A stretch of DNA of 64,000 bases, from contig CM082588.2 in assembly GCA_040954595.2 (NCBI GenBank), forward strand, positions 7,486,844 through 7,550,843, read 5' to 3'. Of the stretch, positions 42,137 through 52,877 are shown piece after piece. Position 1 is the first letter of the stretch, and each line of letters starts with the position of its first letter. The position numbers were made by a program, and so were the translations under genes. Origin of the DNA: Balanoglossus misakiensis. Its lineage: Eukaryota; Animalia; Hemichordata. The notes beneath the pieces were generated by a model that worked only from the letters and a program-made list of their open reading frames with translations, was not told the origin of the DNA and ran no database searches.

Positions 42137-42913
42137 TTAAATAAAAGTTGATAATGAATGGCATAGATTTCAGTGATGAGAGATTCAAAAGACATATTTG
42201 GCAAATGAGCTGTCAAACTGATTTCTTAGGTAACACTTGTTATTGCTACATGTCTTTGGTGACTTCAGGTAAACTAGGAACTCTAGCAAGTTATTATCAA
42301 ATTTTTTGTTTCAACAAAAACTTTGGATGACAAACACATGCTGAGTTGAAACAGCATTTGGTATGATCTGGGGATGAAAGAAATATTTTGTGCTTTTACA
42401 TGAAGAATATAGGATCAATAAATTATGCTTGAAAATAAACATCAGGGAAATGGATTGTAGGTTTCCTGATAGATACTGGGTAATGTTTGATACATAGTGG
42501 CTGTACTGGTTATTTATCTGTTAGGAATGACAAGAAAAATGCAGTCATTTCATAATATCAATTGTTTCGTTCAAAAACCTTGATGGCCACAGTTCAGTGG
42601 AGAACTAGTGCCATGTCAGAATTATGTGATGGGTAACCTTAACTGATCAACTTTCTTTCTTTAAAAATCTAGACACGAAAGTCGAACAAGGAACTTTGAC
42701 AGAACAACACTCTGAAGTACATATCTTTTGCATGTAGACTTCACATCCCTTGTAGAAGTACAGTGTTATGCTTGCAGCTATAGTAAAACACACCCATGCA
42801 TGTCGACCAGCCACAGGTCATAGTGTGTACTAGATGTTCGATCACGGCGCGCCTACTCGCTGCGTGCCACTGACCATGGCAAGCATCCTGGCTATTCTCG
42901 GCTGTTGCTATGG

Positions 42914-45318
42914 TTACTTATCACCCGGCACCGATACTCTGGTAACAGATCCCTTCATGGAAGCCAGAACTGAGGACATATCGCACACCCTGACGATGTC
43001 GCTCTGCTCCACCGTCTGCGGTTGGACCGAGCCGTCGTCCGTCTGCATGCCGGAGCTGACTTTGGGATATTTCCTGAAATCGGGGGTTATCACCGCGCCG
43101 TTTTGTGGGTATGCCCCCGTGGCTGGCGTGATAACTGTGTTAGATACGTTCGGTGTTTTTACTTTAGCTGCGAGCATAACACTACGTAATTCTTGCACGG
43201 TGACCATTTTATCTAGCTTTGGCGAACCCTGGGAGCTATCCGATAAGTCGGACGCGCTACTCTGGGTGTCGCTGGGGGAGAGATCGTCACTAGTCGGGCG
43301 GGGCACATTTGTATTGATGTACAACGCACTCATGGCTGATTCTGTGGCAGAGCTGTGCTTAGAGTGTTCCTTTAGCAGTGCTTTGAAATCTTCCATCGTG
43401 GACTGGGGTTTTCCTGATATGCGGTTGACCTTGACCGGAGTGTCCTCGATGTACGCAGTGTCCGAGAACGTTATGCTTCTCGTCGTACTGGTTGAACAGG
43501 AGGAATTCAAGGATTCATTGGACCCCCATCTGCCCGAGGACCGTAAACCCTGACCCGGGAGAGGCGAAGGCTCGGCCTTGATGTTCATTTTGCGTTTGGA
43601 CGCGTGGATTCTCGCGAACAGGTCCTGCGCGCTGCTCCGTCGGCCGCTGCCGGGCCTTTTCAGAATCGACTGCGGCTTCTTCTTGGGCTCGCCTTTGAAG
43701 CGACTGGTGCTGGGGTCCTTCAGTATGGAGACTATGGGCTTTTGCGGCTGCGCGGGCTGCGAGGGCGCTCTGACCGATTCGGGCGTCAGATCGAACCGCG
43801 CCCGCCCCACGGTGTTCGTGTGCGAGCTGACCACTTTGATCAACTGAACGGGTTCGGTCGACGACCGGCCCATCGGTGGGGCGTTGGTCAGAGCGCCTCT
43901 GTTCGGGTCGTCGGTGAAACTGCTGTGCGTCGACGGGTACGGCCGGGGGTCGTTCTGAGACTGCAGATCTCTCGTCAGACTGTGGGCGGACTTCCGCGGC
44001 ATGAAATAGACCGACTGGTCGTCGGAATCGCTGCTGTTTCGCCTCCCTGTCGGCACGTGATACGAGCCGTGGTTCTTGCTGGTGCTCAGCGCGAAGGAGC
44101 TCGTCGCACTCGTCGGGGTCGCCGAGACGGTTGGCGACAGAATCCGGGAGATTTCCTTGGGCTGATCCGGCGTCCGTGATCTCCGGAGGCTCCCGTAGAC
44201 GTCGGCGGATGTGCTCTTCATGTTCGGCTTGGTGTTGGATCGTCGCGGCCACGTGCCGGTGGAGAATTCCAGGGTGGCCGGCCGCGGCGGCTGATCCTCC
44301 AGACTTCGGTCCTTTTTCCGGAGGCTGCTGAAGAAGGATAACTTGGCTTCCTTGTAGCTTTCCGGGATGACGCTAAGACTGCTTCCGTTATTCTGCTGAT
44401 CCGCACTCTCATTCTTTTGTTGCATAATTTCTGTTTTATTAGTACTATTGGGTTCATTCAGATTTGCCTTGCGTCCTGCTTCTGACACATAGTCGACCTG
44501 AGTGCTGGAATATTGCTGATGTCTAACCCAGGGAGATGACGTTCCAATCGGGGCTGACTGATTCAGATTTGACGACTCGGTATTCTCACTGATCGGTGCA
44601 AAATTTGACTTCACAGCACCGTTGCTAGCTCCATTCAAATGATGCGGACGCGTGGTCTTCATATCGTCTATAGAGGGCGCACTGACCGTCACTGAAAGTC
44701 TGTTGTCTTTGGGCGGCTCGTTATCCGGAGGGGGGTCTGGCAACCCGAAGAATGCCGCACGTGCAGACTTCAACTTATCCCGCGAGTAGCTCTTCATGTT
44801 CGGGCTGTCGGAATTGATGTTGTTATTAGACTGGGCTGTCTGGGTGACGTTTTGTATCTTGTCTTCTGTGACGTTACCGACCGCCGGCTTGTCGACTGTC
44901 CGCGCGACATTTTCTTTCTCGTCTTCTGCCTTGCTGCTCACGACCACCGGTGGTTCAACCGTGACCGTTTGCACCACGCTGATGATTTTGTTTTTGGCCG
45001 CGCTTGTCGGCGAGACTGGTGGCTTCTCGATTGTCCGTGTCTTGTCTTCATTGATGACGCTCAACAACGCAGCTGGCTTATCAACAACCGCCATTTTCTC
45101 CCTGTTCGCATTATCAGTCTCGTTCTCCCCGTAGCTACTCCCTGAGGGCGACCGCATCTTCTCGCCGATGGAACTCTCCACCGAGGAGCCCTGGTAACAC
45201 AGCGTATACAGCCCTGAGTTCATCGGAGTCTTCTTGCTCGTCTCCGCATCAGACTCGGAGGAAAATGACGAATTTAGACCTGGTTCATTGGAAGACGTGT
45301 CTCTGTGTGCGTCGTGAT
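42914..45318 (-). CDS. NHSL1: NHS/NHSL1/GUK-holder family protein, last coding exon
   Basis: Acceptor TTTCTGCAG| at 45319-20. Phase 1 matches the upstream exon. Open frame through the 769-aa ORF to TAA at 42914. Contains NHS-family C-terminal boxes QDLFARIHASKRKM and STMEDFKALLKEH. The symbol denotes the family; the gene is likely co-orthologous to NHS/NHSL1/NHSL2. Confidence 0.9.
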
Positions 45319-45407
45319 CTGCAGAAACGACAAATATAAACCAATATTACACAACTTAAGCAGGATATGGTTTCCTGAGTGATAAACACTACAGAGAAAT
45401 ATATAAA

Positions 45408-45784
45408 TAGTCTCAATGTAATGAAACTACACCCAATATCAAATTTGCTACTAACTGAATCAAATTAATTTTGTGATGAGAAATTGGCTAAATTATTTGA
45501 CAATAAATTTTATACTATACACAGATAAAGATTATGCAATTTTTTTCACATTCATTTTACAAAGCTCATTCTGTCAGACAACACTGTTTCACTAGTCTCA
45601 ATGTAATGAAACTACGCCCAATATCAAATTCGCTACTAACTGAATCAAATTAAATTTACAGTGAGAAATTGGCTGAATTATTACTACTTGACAACAAATG
45701 TTATACTATACACCACAAAATTGTGCACAGGTTTTCAGATTCATTGTTATACAAAGCTCCTTCAGCCAGAAAACACTGTTTCAC
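45408..45784. repeat. Intronic tandem duplication, 2 x ~190 bp
   Basis: TAGTCTCAATGTAATGAAACTAC...AACACTGTTTCAC at 45408-45592 and 45593-45784, moderately diverged. Confidence 0.9.
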
Positions 45785-46445
45785 TTGAACTGATCTATTT
45801 CAAGACATTCAGGGTCATTCTCTGATTCGACACTCATTATCTGTTAATTGGTTTCAGTCTCTGCAAGGGCAGTTAAAATATACGAGCAAACAATGCTCTT
45901 TTACATAGTCAATAAAAGGTCGCATTATTCCCAAAACATTCTTATACAATAAGTGTCTAGTCAAGTGATATTAGAAGGATTTAGACAAACTAACAAACAC
46001 ACCAATTTCAACATGATAATTGGGCAACCTTTCTAGTAACAGTTCCATTCATACATATGTTATATATTGATTCTCCCGGGATACCAAAACCAAGTTGGTT
46101 GTGTTCCAACGTCCATGTCCTCAATTTGAACGACAAATTGGAATAAAATTAATTCATTTTTGTGAAAGGATATCTTCCCATTTTGCCCTAAACCACTCCC
46201 ATTCTGTTCAAAGAAAAGGGTGACATGCTAAATTGTACACAGCCCACAATTATAGAGAATTGATTAAACACATTTGCACATAATGCAATGTCAGCAATAG
46301 TTTTTAGGGTTTTGTGTAAGAATTTCTTGTTGAATTTCAGATAGCAAAAAGACACTGTGACTATCAAGAATGTATGGGACTGATTAAAATTTATACCCAA
46401 AACATAGAGTGTTGTAAGACGGTGCTTTAAACAAGTTGTACCTAC

Positions 46446-47714
46446 CATTTGGAACAGGTGATAGTGAAAGTAACGGGGAGGGCATCGGTGATGGTTCAAC
46501 AGATGAAGATGGTTCGACCGAAGATGAGGATGACATCTCGTCCCTTGCCTTGACTCTCAGAAAGCTGTGTGTTCTCCTCGGCGGAGCTGGGGCCTTCGGG
46601 TGAGATTTTTTCTCGCGGCTTTTTGGTTTATTGTTTGAGTCTGTCGTGTCCTGTGATTTGACTTGCGCTTTGTAGTCTTTGATGCCGCAGTCTAGTCTCA
46701 TGGAGGTGAAGTAACCGTCTGTATCCACGGAATATGCGGAGGAGTCCGATTCCTGTTGATAGGGAGGATGAGTTCCCAGGTAGAACTCTAAATCCACGCT
46801 GCTGACATCACTTCCGGCGCGTTCAGGCGTCGCACTCCCTGTAGGGGTGCTCGACGTACGATCCGCCTGGGAGTCTGTCAGGGTGTCTGCTGTGCTCCCC
46901 GTCAAGGTGTCCGTCGTGCTTCCCGTCAGCGTGTCCGTCGTGCTCTCCGCTATACTCCCCGGGGCGGTGTCCGTCACGGAGGAGAGGGAGACGTCGTCGT
47001 TGCCGACCACTCCCAGCACCTCGTCCAGGTCGGTCTCCACCACGCCCTTGCTGCTCACCGACTGTATCCACATGGCCGTGTTCAGGGTGGCCATGTCGCG
47101 CCCGACCTTGACCTGGTGGGTCGGGGTGTTCAGGCTGGAGGTGGTCGGGGTGGTGTCCGGGGTGTCGTTGTTCAGGGTGCTGTCGGAATCCGAGCGCTCC
47201 AGGCTGGATCGATCCGGGGACTGAGGAAGTTCCGAATCCACGGACTCCGCGCACTCGTGGCGTTCCGACGCCTCCGGCGAGAACCGCGCTCGGGAATCCA
47301 CGGAGACCGGACCCTGCCGCGTCTCCGGATCCGACGTCTCCGGCGACTGCCGCGATTCCGAATCCAAAGAAACTGCCGAGTCCGAGGGGGATCCCGATGT
47401 CGGCAAGGAATGAGTCTGAAGCTGAATGTGATCGGATAACACCGAGTTCCTGGTACTGTCCGTCCCGCTCCAGTTTCCCGAACTCGACCTCCTCTCCTCT
47501 TTACTCACGGATGGTTTCGTAGTCCTCAACTTCACCCCGGCGACAAACGCTTCCCGTATCGCGTCTGCCGTCTCCTCTTCCCTAGTTTTCCGCCTCTCCT
47601 GTTTGTTTTCACTTGGAAGAACACTTTCAACTTGCTGGTGGGTGATTTCTTGAGATCTCGGTCTCGCTGCTGATGAGGCCATCCAAAACTTGTTCAAGGA
47701 TGTCTGTGATGATG
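46446..47714 (-). CDS. NHSL1: NHS-like protein, internal coding exon (phase 1 to phase 1)
   Basis: Acceptor TTATTTGCAG| at 47715-16 and donor G|GTAGGT at 46445-40; 1269 nt. Contains NHS-family motifs SSSGNWSG, SAYSVDTDGYFTSMRLDCG and PAPPRRTHS. Confidence 0.92.
46877..46948 (-). repeat. Coding minisatellite, 3 x 24 bp (STTDTLTG-type peptide repeat)
   Basis: Units start at 46877, 46901 and 46925 on +. Translation: ESTTDTLT-GSTTDTLT-GSTADTLT. Confidence 0.85.
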
Positions 47715-49202
47715 CTGCAAATAAACGAACATTGAATTAATTATCTGATCACTCTGCTTTTAACATGGAAAAATTCCAAAAGGACATACAAACAAGGAAC
47801 AAATAAACAGATATATATAATAGATATTCAGTAAAAATGAAATTTGATGACTATCATATTTTTTTTTATCAGTTCTTAACCATACCACAGGCAAGATCTC
47901 AATTTGCATTTATTGCAAATTTTGATATTTTCATGATTTTTGAATCCGTGAATCCTTTCTGACAAAATATGTTTTTTTTTTTATAAAACCTATGATGTAA
48001 AGCAATTATTCATAAATTAAAGTTTTGAACAAATGGCTCATTTTAGCAGCAGACATTGGGGCTAAATCAAGGTAATGTTAACATCTTCTTCAAAGCCTTG
48101 CATATATACATTCACTGCTCATCAGATTGAATTCACTATTGCCTTGGGACTAGACATATCTGAAATATCTACACACACTGAACGCTTGTCTTTGGTTACA
48201 CATGACATTAAAAATACAGCCATCCCTTGTTATATAGGCGGCCTACACAACTGCATACAACCAAAGAAATCCCTCAAACAGGAACTGGGAACAATCGAAT
48301 TTTCTGACCGTCTGTCTGCAAACATTTAGGGTTGACCGAGTGACACAATGTCAAAGGTGAAAGGTCAAACTTCACTATGTCGTACATGTCAAAAGTCAAT
48401 TCTAAAACAAGACTGCATAACAATTCAAAGTTCTAACCTCTAGGTACAAGACAACCATCGCCTTTCAAGGTGACGACCAGTTTCGTTTCACACCACCATT
48501 CAAGTAAATGTAGTTCTCCATCAAATATTTTTGCAATGTCTATTTGCTTGACCACTGATCTAAGTTCTACGCAGACTCACTTTAAACTGACAAGTTAATG
48601 CCCCCAGGCATGGTAGGTTTTAATGATGGAATTTGCGTGTAGTAATACACCAGCAGTGAGCCTATTTACTCCCTGGTACAATACTGACGACTTTTAGCAA
48701 CACATTTTTTTAATCAGATGAAGCAAAACGGTCATGATACTGTTTTAGAACTACATGTATTCACAGCAACACACAATGCCGTTTTTAACAAAACTCTACC
48801 ATTTTAGACTATCACTATGCACTATTTTCACAGCGGACTACATCTTCAATGATGAACATGATCTGTGAATGCCTATGAAATAAGAACGCCGTGATTGGGT
48901 ATACTCTTATAGCATGTACAATAGGTCACCTTCTGTTCATGACCCTTATGTGACATTACATCCTTGTACTTCTGGTGGTATGGGCTTGCAAAAAATTCAG
49001 CATAGCAGGACCAGATATGCGTAAATATTCCTTGAAAAAGATTTCACCTTGGTACTTCAAAATTCAGCCTGTAATTCATTCACTACAGATTCAATTATAG
49101 AGTTATTCATCAAAATGGTGGATTCATACCAACAGATGTACAAGGAGGTAAGGTCATACAGGGGTCATGAAAATGGCCAATTGAGATCACATATATACTT
49201 AC

Positions 49203-49944
49203 TTGGAGTCGGAGTGTCCAATGGTGTACTAGTAAGACTGCTGCTCGTGCTAACAACTTTATTTTTCCAAAAATCATCATCGGGTCTAGTCCTTGTGATA
49301 GGTGCATCGGCATAATGCAACGGGCTGTTGCTCCCCGCGACGGGGCGCTTGACGCGACCCTGCACAAACGGCGGCATGGCGGCCGAGTCGGAGTTCAGAC
49401 TCGGCAGCGAGTCCGGGCGTCTCTGCATCTGCGAGAGCAACGACACGTCCGGCAGACTGACGGGGGCCGCGTACGAGGAGTGGATGCGCCGCCGGTCGAT
49501 GCTGGCGTAGAACGCGCCCCGGGAGAACGCAGAGTCGTAGTCGCTACCACTTGTTTGAAAGCTGCTCGTGCTTGTCGACGACTCCAGCCCCAGATAATCC
49601 CACGAGAAATTCATCCTCATCATCTCCGACATCCCCGAGACGGTGCGTCGCCGTTTCCGGTGACTCCGGCGATTCTTCCCCCGTCGTAGATACTTCACGT
49701 CCGACAACTGGAGAGATCTGCGGAACGTGGCCATGCGCTCGAACGGCCTCCCCGTCGTGTCGATGGATATGACGCTCGACGGCATGATGTTGCGCCGCAT
49801 GACTTCCTCGGGCGTCGGCAGAGGGCTCTTGGCGCGCCTCCGCAGCTGTTCATCCAGGAGGTCGCCATCGGAGTGCGGTCGTCCGGCTCTGGGGATCGAG
49901 GCAATGGAGTGTCTCTTTATTGGTGGAGGAAGACGGGCAGAAGG
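49203..49944 (-). CDS. NHSL1: NHS-like protein, internal coding exon (phase 0 to phase 1)
   Basis: Acceptor CTTCTTCACACAG| at 49945-46 and donor A|GTAAGT at 49202-197; 742 nt. Encodes LPTPEEVMR...VISIDTTGRPFERMATFRRSL and RKRRRTVSG, matching the NHS-family LPTPEEKM...FDRQASLRRSL and RRRTIxG boxes. Confidence 0.93.
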
Positions 49945-50062
49945 CTGTGTGAAGAAGTGAACACGTCGAAAAAGTGAGAATGGTAGTCACAGACGATGGT
50001 TGCTTTCTGGTGGTTGTCTGAAAACAACCAGATTGGTTGTCTGATAACAACCAGATAGTATA

Positions 50063-50416
50063 CAACTGAAACCAACCAACTAGAAACAACAGAGTCAATG
50101 CGATTTGTGTATGACAGATAATGATTTGTATGGCTGTGTTAGTTTTACAAATATAAAAATCATTTTGCCTTTCTGGCACAGTGAAACTATTTGTCTTAAA
50201 ATTTGTAAATACCTGATGATAAATTCCTACTCTTTGTAGAACATAGAAGCAAGTCTTTCTCTTTCATCTATTTATTACTGTGCTATAACAATGTAAAACT
50301 TGGCCACAGATGGGCTATGATAGGAAACTATCTTCTCATCTGCAGCAATTCTTATATGGAGCACACTGACTCTGTATGTAAAGACTACTTTGCTACCAGT
50401 TGGTTGGTTTCAGTTG
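50063..50416. mobile_element. MITE with TA flanks (Tc1/mariner-like)
   Basis: TA|CAACTGAAACCAACCAACT ... AGTTGGTTGGTTTCAGTTG|TA perfect 19-bp TIR, with an additional inner inverted match ACAGAGTCA/TGACTCTGT. Confidence 0.7.
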
Positions 50417-52326
50417 TATCTGACAGACTACACAAAACAAAACTGAATGAACAGCATAGTACTGTAGTTATATCATAGACATGCTGTAGTCACCGAAATA
50501 CTTGTTTGTCCAGCGATTTCACAATCAGTTCTTTGTAACAGCCAAACCTTACAATCACACAGGTCCATTTCATCGTATGTGTGTTGCGTTTATTGACTGA
50601 AATCAAATGCACGGCAGAATTTGAACATTTGCCAAATAGTAGTCACACAGGTACGAGATACATGCATGTAATTTGATTCACGCACTGCTGTGCCAATTAT
50701 TTTGTGTAAAAAACAGCTTTTTAAATTGCCGGTTTGTGCATATTGTTACAAAAGGACCATAATGGTGTCTTCGTTTCATCTGATTTTAGATCTCTTTTGA
50801 CGTGCATGCATATACATGTACAAGATCAATTAAACAGGAATCTGGATTTTCAATTGGGTGAGTTTCACCCTTTCACAGTCATACTTTGGTCCATCTACGT
50901 AGTTTCTATGGTAACACTGGACCTTTACACTAGGATATGGGGGTGCAACAGGTGTATGTGCAGGAATGAGTGGAACATTACACAGAATGACAACAAAACG
51001 AACAACAACAAACTGCGTGTAAACAAATCTGGAAATTTTGTCTTGCAAAGCTTTCAAGACAGAAAAGAGAAAGAGACGCTACACGCTAATTAAGACATTT
51101 GCATAACGTAGGTTTAAGTGTTTAATTGTTAGATAAGCAATTATCTCACAGTGTTTTCATTCTACAAGATTACACAGCTCAAAGAACACATACAAGCTTT
51201 TAGAAGTCTTTTGATATTCATTCCGGCACAGTTACCAGAAAAGTTTCCGGTGGTTAGTATGCGACTTGTAAAAGCTTTTAATTGGGCCACAAAGACAACA
51301 CAGCATAGCAGTTAATTGTTAGGAGTGTGCAGTAAATGCTACTAGGTTTTCTTTGCACCAAGAATATACGGTTTTGTACACTGAGAATTGTACTGTTGGT
51401 TGGACTCGTTAATTAGTCATTAATTATCTGCCACTTCCGACTCCTTAGTATAGTTTCAATAGAACACAATTAGAATTTCATCCCACGTGTATGGAACTGA
51501 TGCCATGAATTGTTCATCTTTGGTTTAATCATGCAAGACCCGTATCACAAATCTGTACCAGCCTAATTAAGCCACATTGCTTGCCAGTTGATGACACTGA
51601 TGGACAAAGACAGACCCAAACAAATTCTAGTACAGGAACACATGCGCTGTAGACACATACTAACACACACAGACACATACAGCGTATGTATACAGTAAAG
51701 ATACTGGTACAAAGCCTGTTCAAATCCTACAATGCCATCCCATTTTACTGCAACCAAATGATTCAACTTCGAGAATGTCACTGACTATAATATCCTATAA
51801 TTGACAACAGCCGAGATAAGTTTTCCCACCATTGAACAGCTAGCAAACAATCAAATTTCAATGTTTGTATATTGTCTGCTGCCACCAAGTGGCCAATGTA
51901 GAATTTCTCCATGGAGTTGGACATAGGTATACATGTACATCCTAAGATTCCAACTTTACTGTATCTATGGGCCTGTATTTTCCAAGCTGATATTTCTGAA
52001 GACCTAGCCACAAACTGGGATTTGGAAACCAGTCTTACATGTAGTCTTTAAGACTGTAAGATAATATGTCAGCTACAGCGATAGCAATACAATGCGCCAG
52101 CACGGACAGGGAAGCTATGTATGAACAGCTGTCGTAGATATGTTACTAATTAAACTACTGTCGAGATCCTTGAAACGTCACAGCAAAGTCGTTACGGTGT
52201 CTGGTCACCCAGACATGAAGCAGTGTTAGGCTTGCATTGTCTTAAAATGATAAGTGACGATTAACAGGTGAAGAACAGTTATGATGTAATAAGTGGTGAG
52301 AAGATGACAGATTAAGTGATGTGTGA

Positions 52327-52352
52327 GGGGTGGGGAGGGGGAGGGGGAGGGG
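52327..52352 (+). other. G-quadruplex-forming motif (intronic, template strand)
   Basis: GGGGTGGGGAGGGGGAGGGGGAGGGG: five G4-5 runs with 1-nt loops. Confidence 0.6.
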
Positions 52353-52579
52353 TGTTACAGTCATCATGATAATCAATGAAGTGAGTGCAATCAAGCATCA
52401 CCATGGTTACACAGCCATATTGGAAGTGAGCAAAAGGGAAGTGGTAGTTCCATCCAGAAGTGTTATTATTGGCCAAGGAGGGGTGTCCTCATTATCTCCA
52501 AGCACAGGATTAGACAAGCATGGGAGATACAGGAGATATTGTACCGTGTTTTGGACGCTACTTACCTCTTACGGTCTTA

Positions 52580-52877
52580 GGCCTAAAATAAAAAAATATG
52601 TGCTGTTCCGATTACCCAACCTATACTATAATTTTAACCCGCCGACCCTAAACTTTTTAGAGCTTCGTAAACCCAGAAATTAAATAATAATGTCAAATAT
52701 ACACATTTTTTGAAAATTGCACAAATTATGCGAGAACGATGACAAAAACGCGTGTTTCTACACTACGGCAGACAGAGAAATAAAAAAAAAATCCAAACAT
52801 AAAAAAAATTCCCTACTTTACCTACCCTATTTTTGAAAACCATGTAATCAGAACAGCACATATTATTTTATTTGGCC
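52580..52877. mobile_element. PIF/Harbinger-like MITE (~300 bp)
   Basis: TTA|GGCCTAAAATAAAAAAATATGTGCTGTTCCGATTAC ... GTAATCAGAACAGCACATATTATTTTATTTGGCC|TTA: ~35-bp imperfect TIRs and a 3-bp TTA duplication. Confidence 0.8.

Larger units (their letters stand above)
39225..42913 (-). other. Putative long 3' UTR of the NHS-like gene
   Basis: AT-rich non-coding stretch between the stop codon (42914) and the candidate poly(A) signal. Inferred only; earlier poly(A) sites cannot be excluded. Confidence 0.45.

Noticed and set aside
42834-45145. Overlapping antisense and alternate-frame ORFs (239 aa +, 245 aa -, 191 aa + and others)
   Set aside because: Shadows of the GC-rich NHS-like exon; no recognisable domains or independent splice signals.
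46823-49960. Alternate-frame ORFs over the two middle exons
   Set aside because: Same codon-bias shadow effect; only the main frame has family motifs and phase-compatible splice sites.
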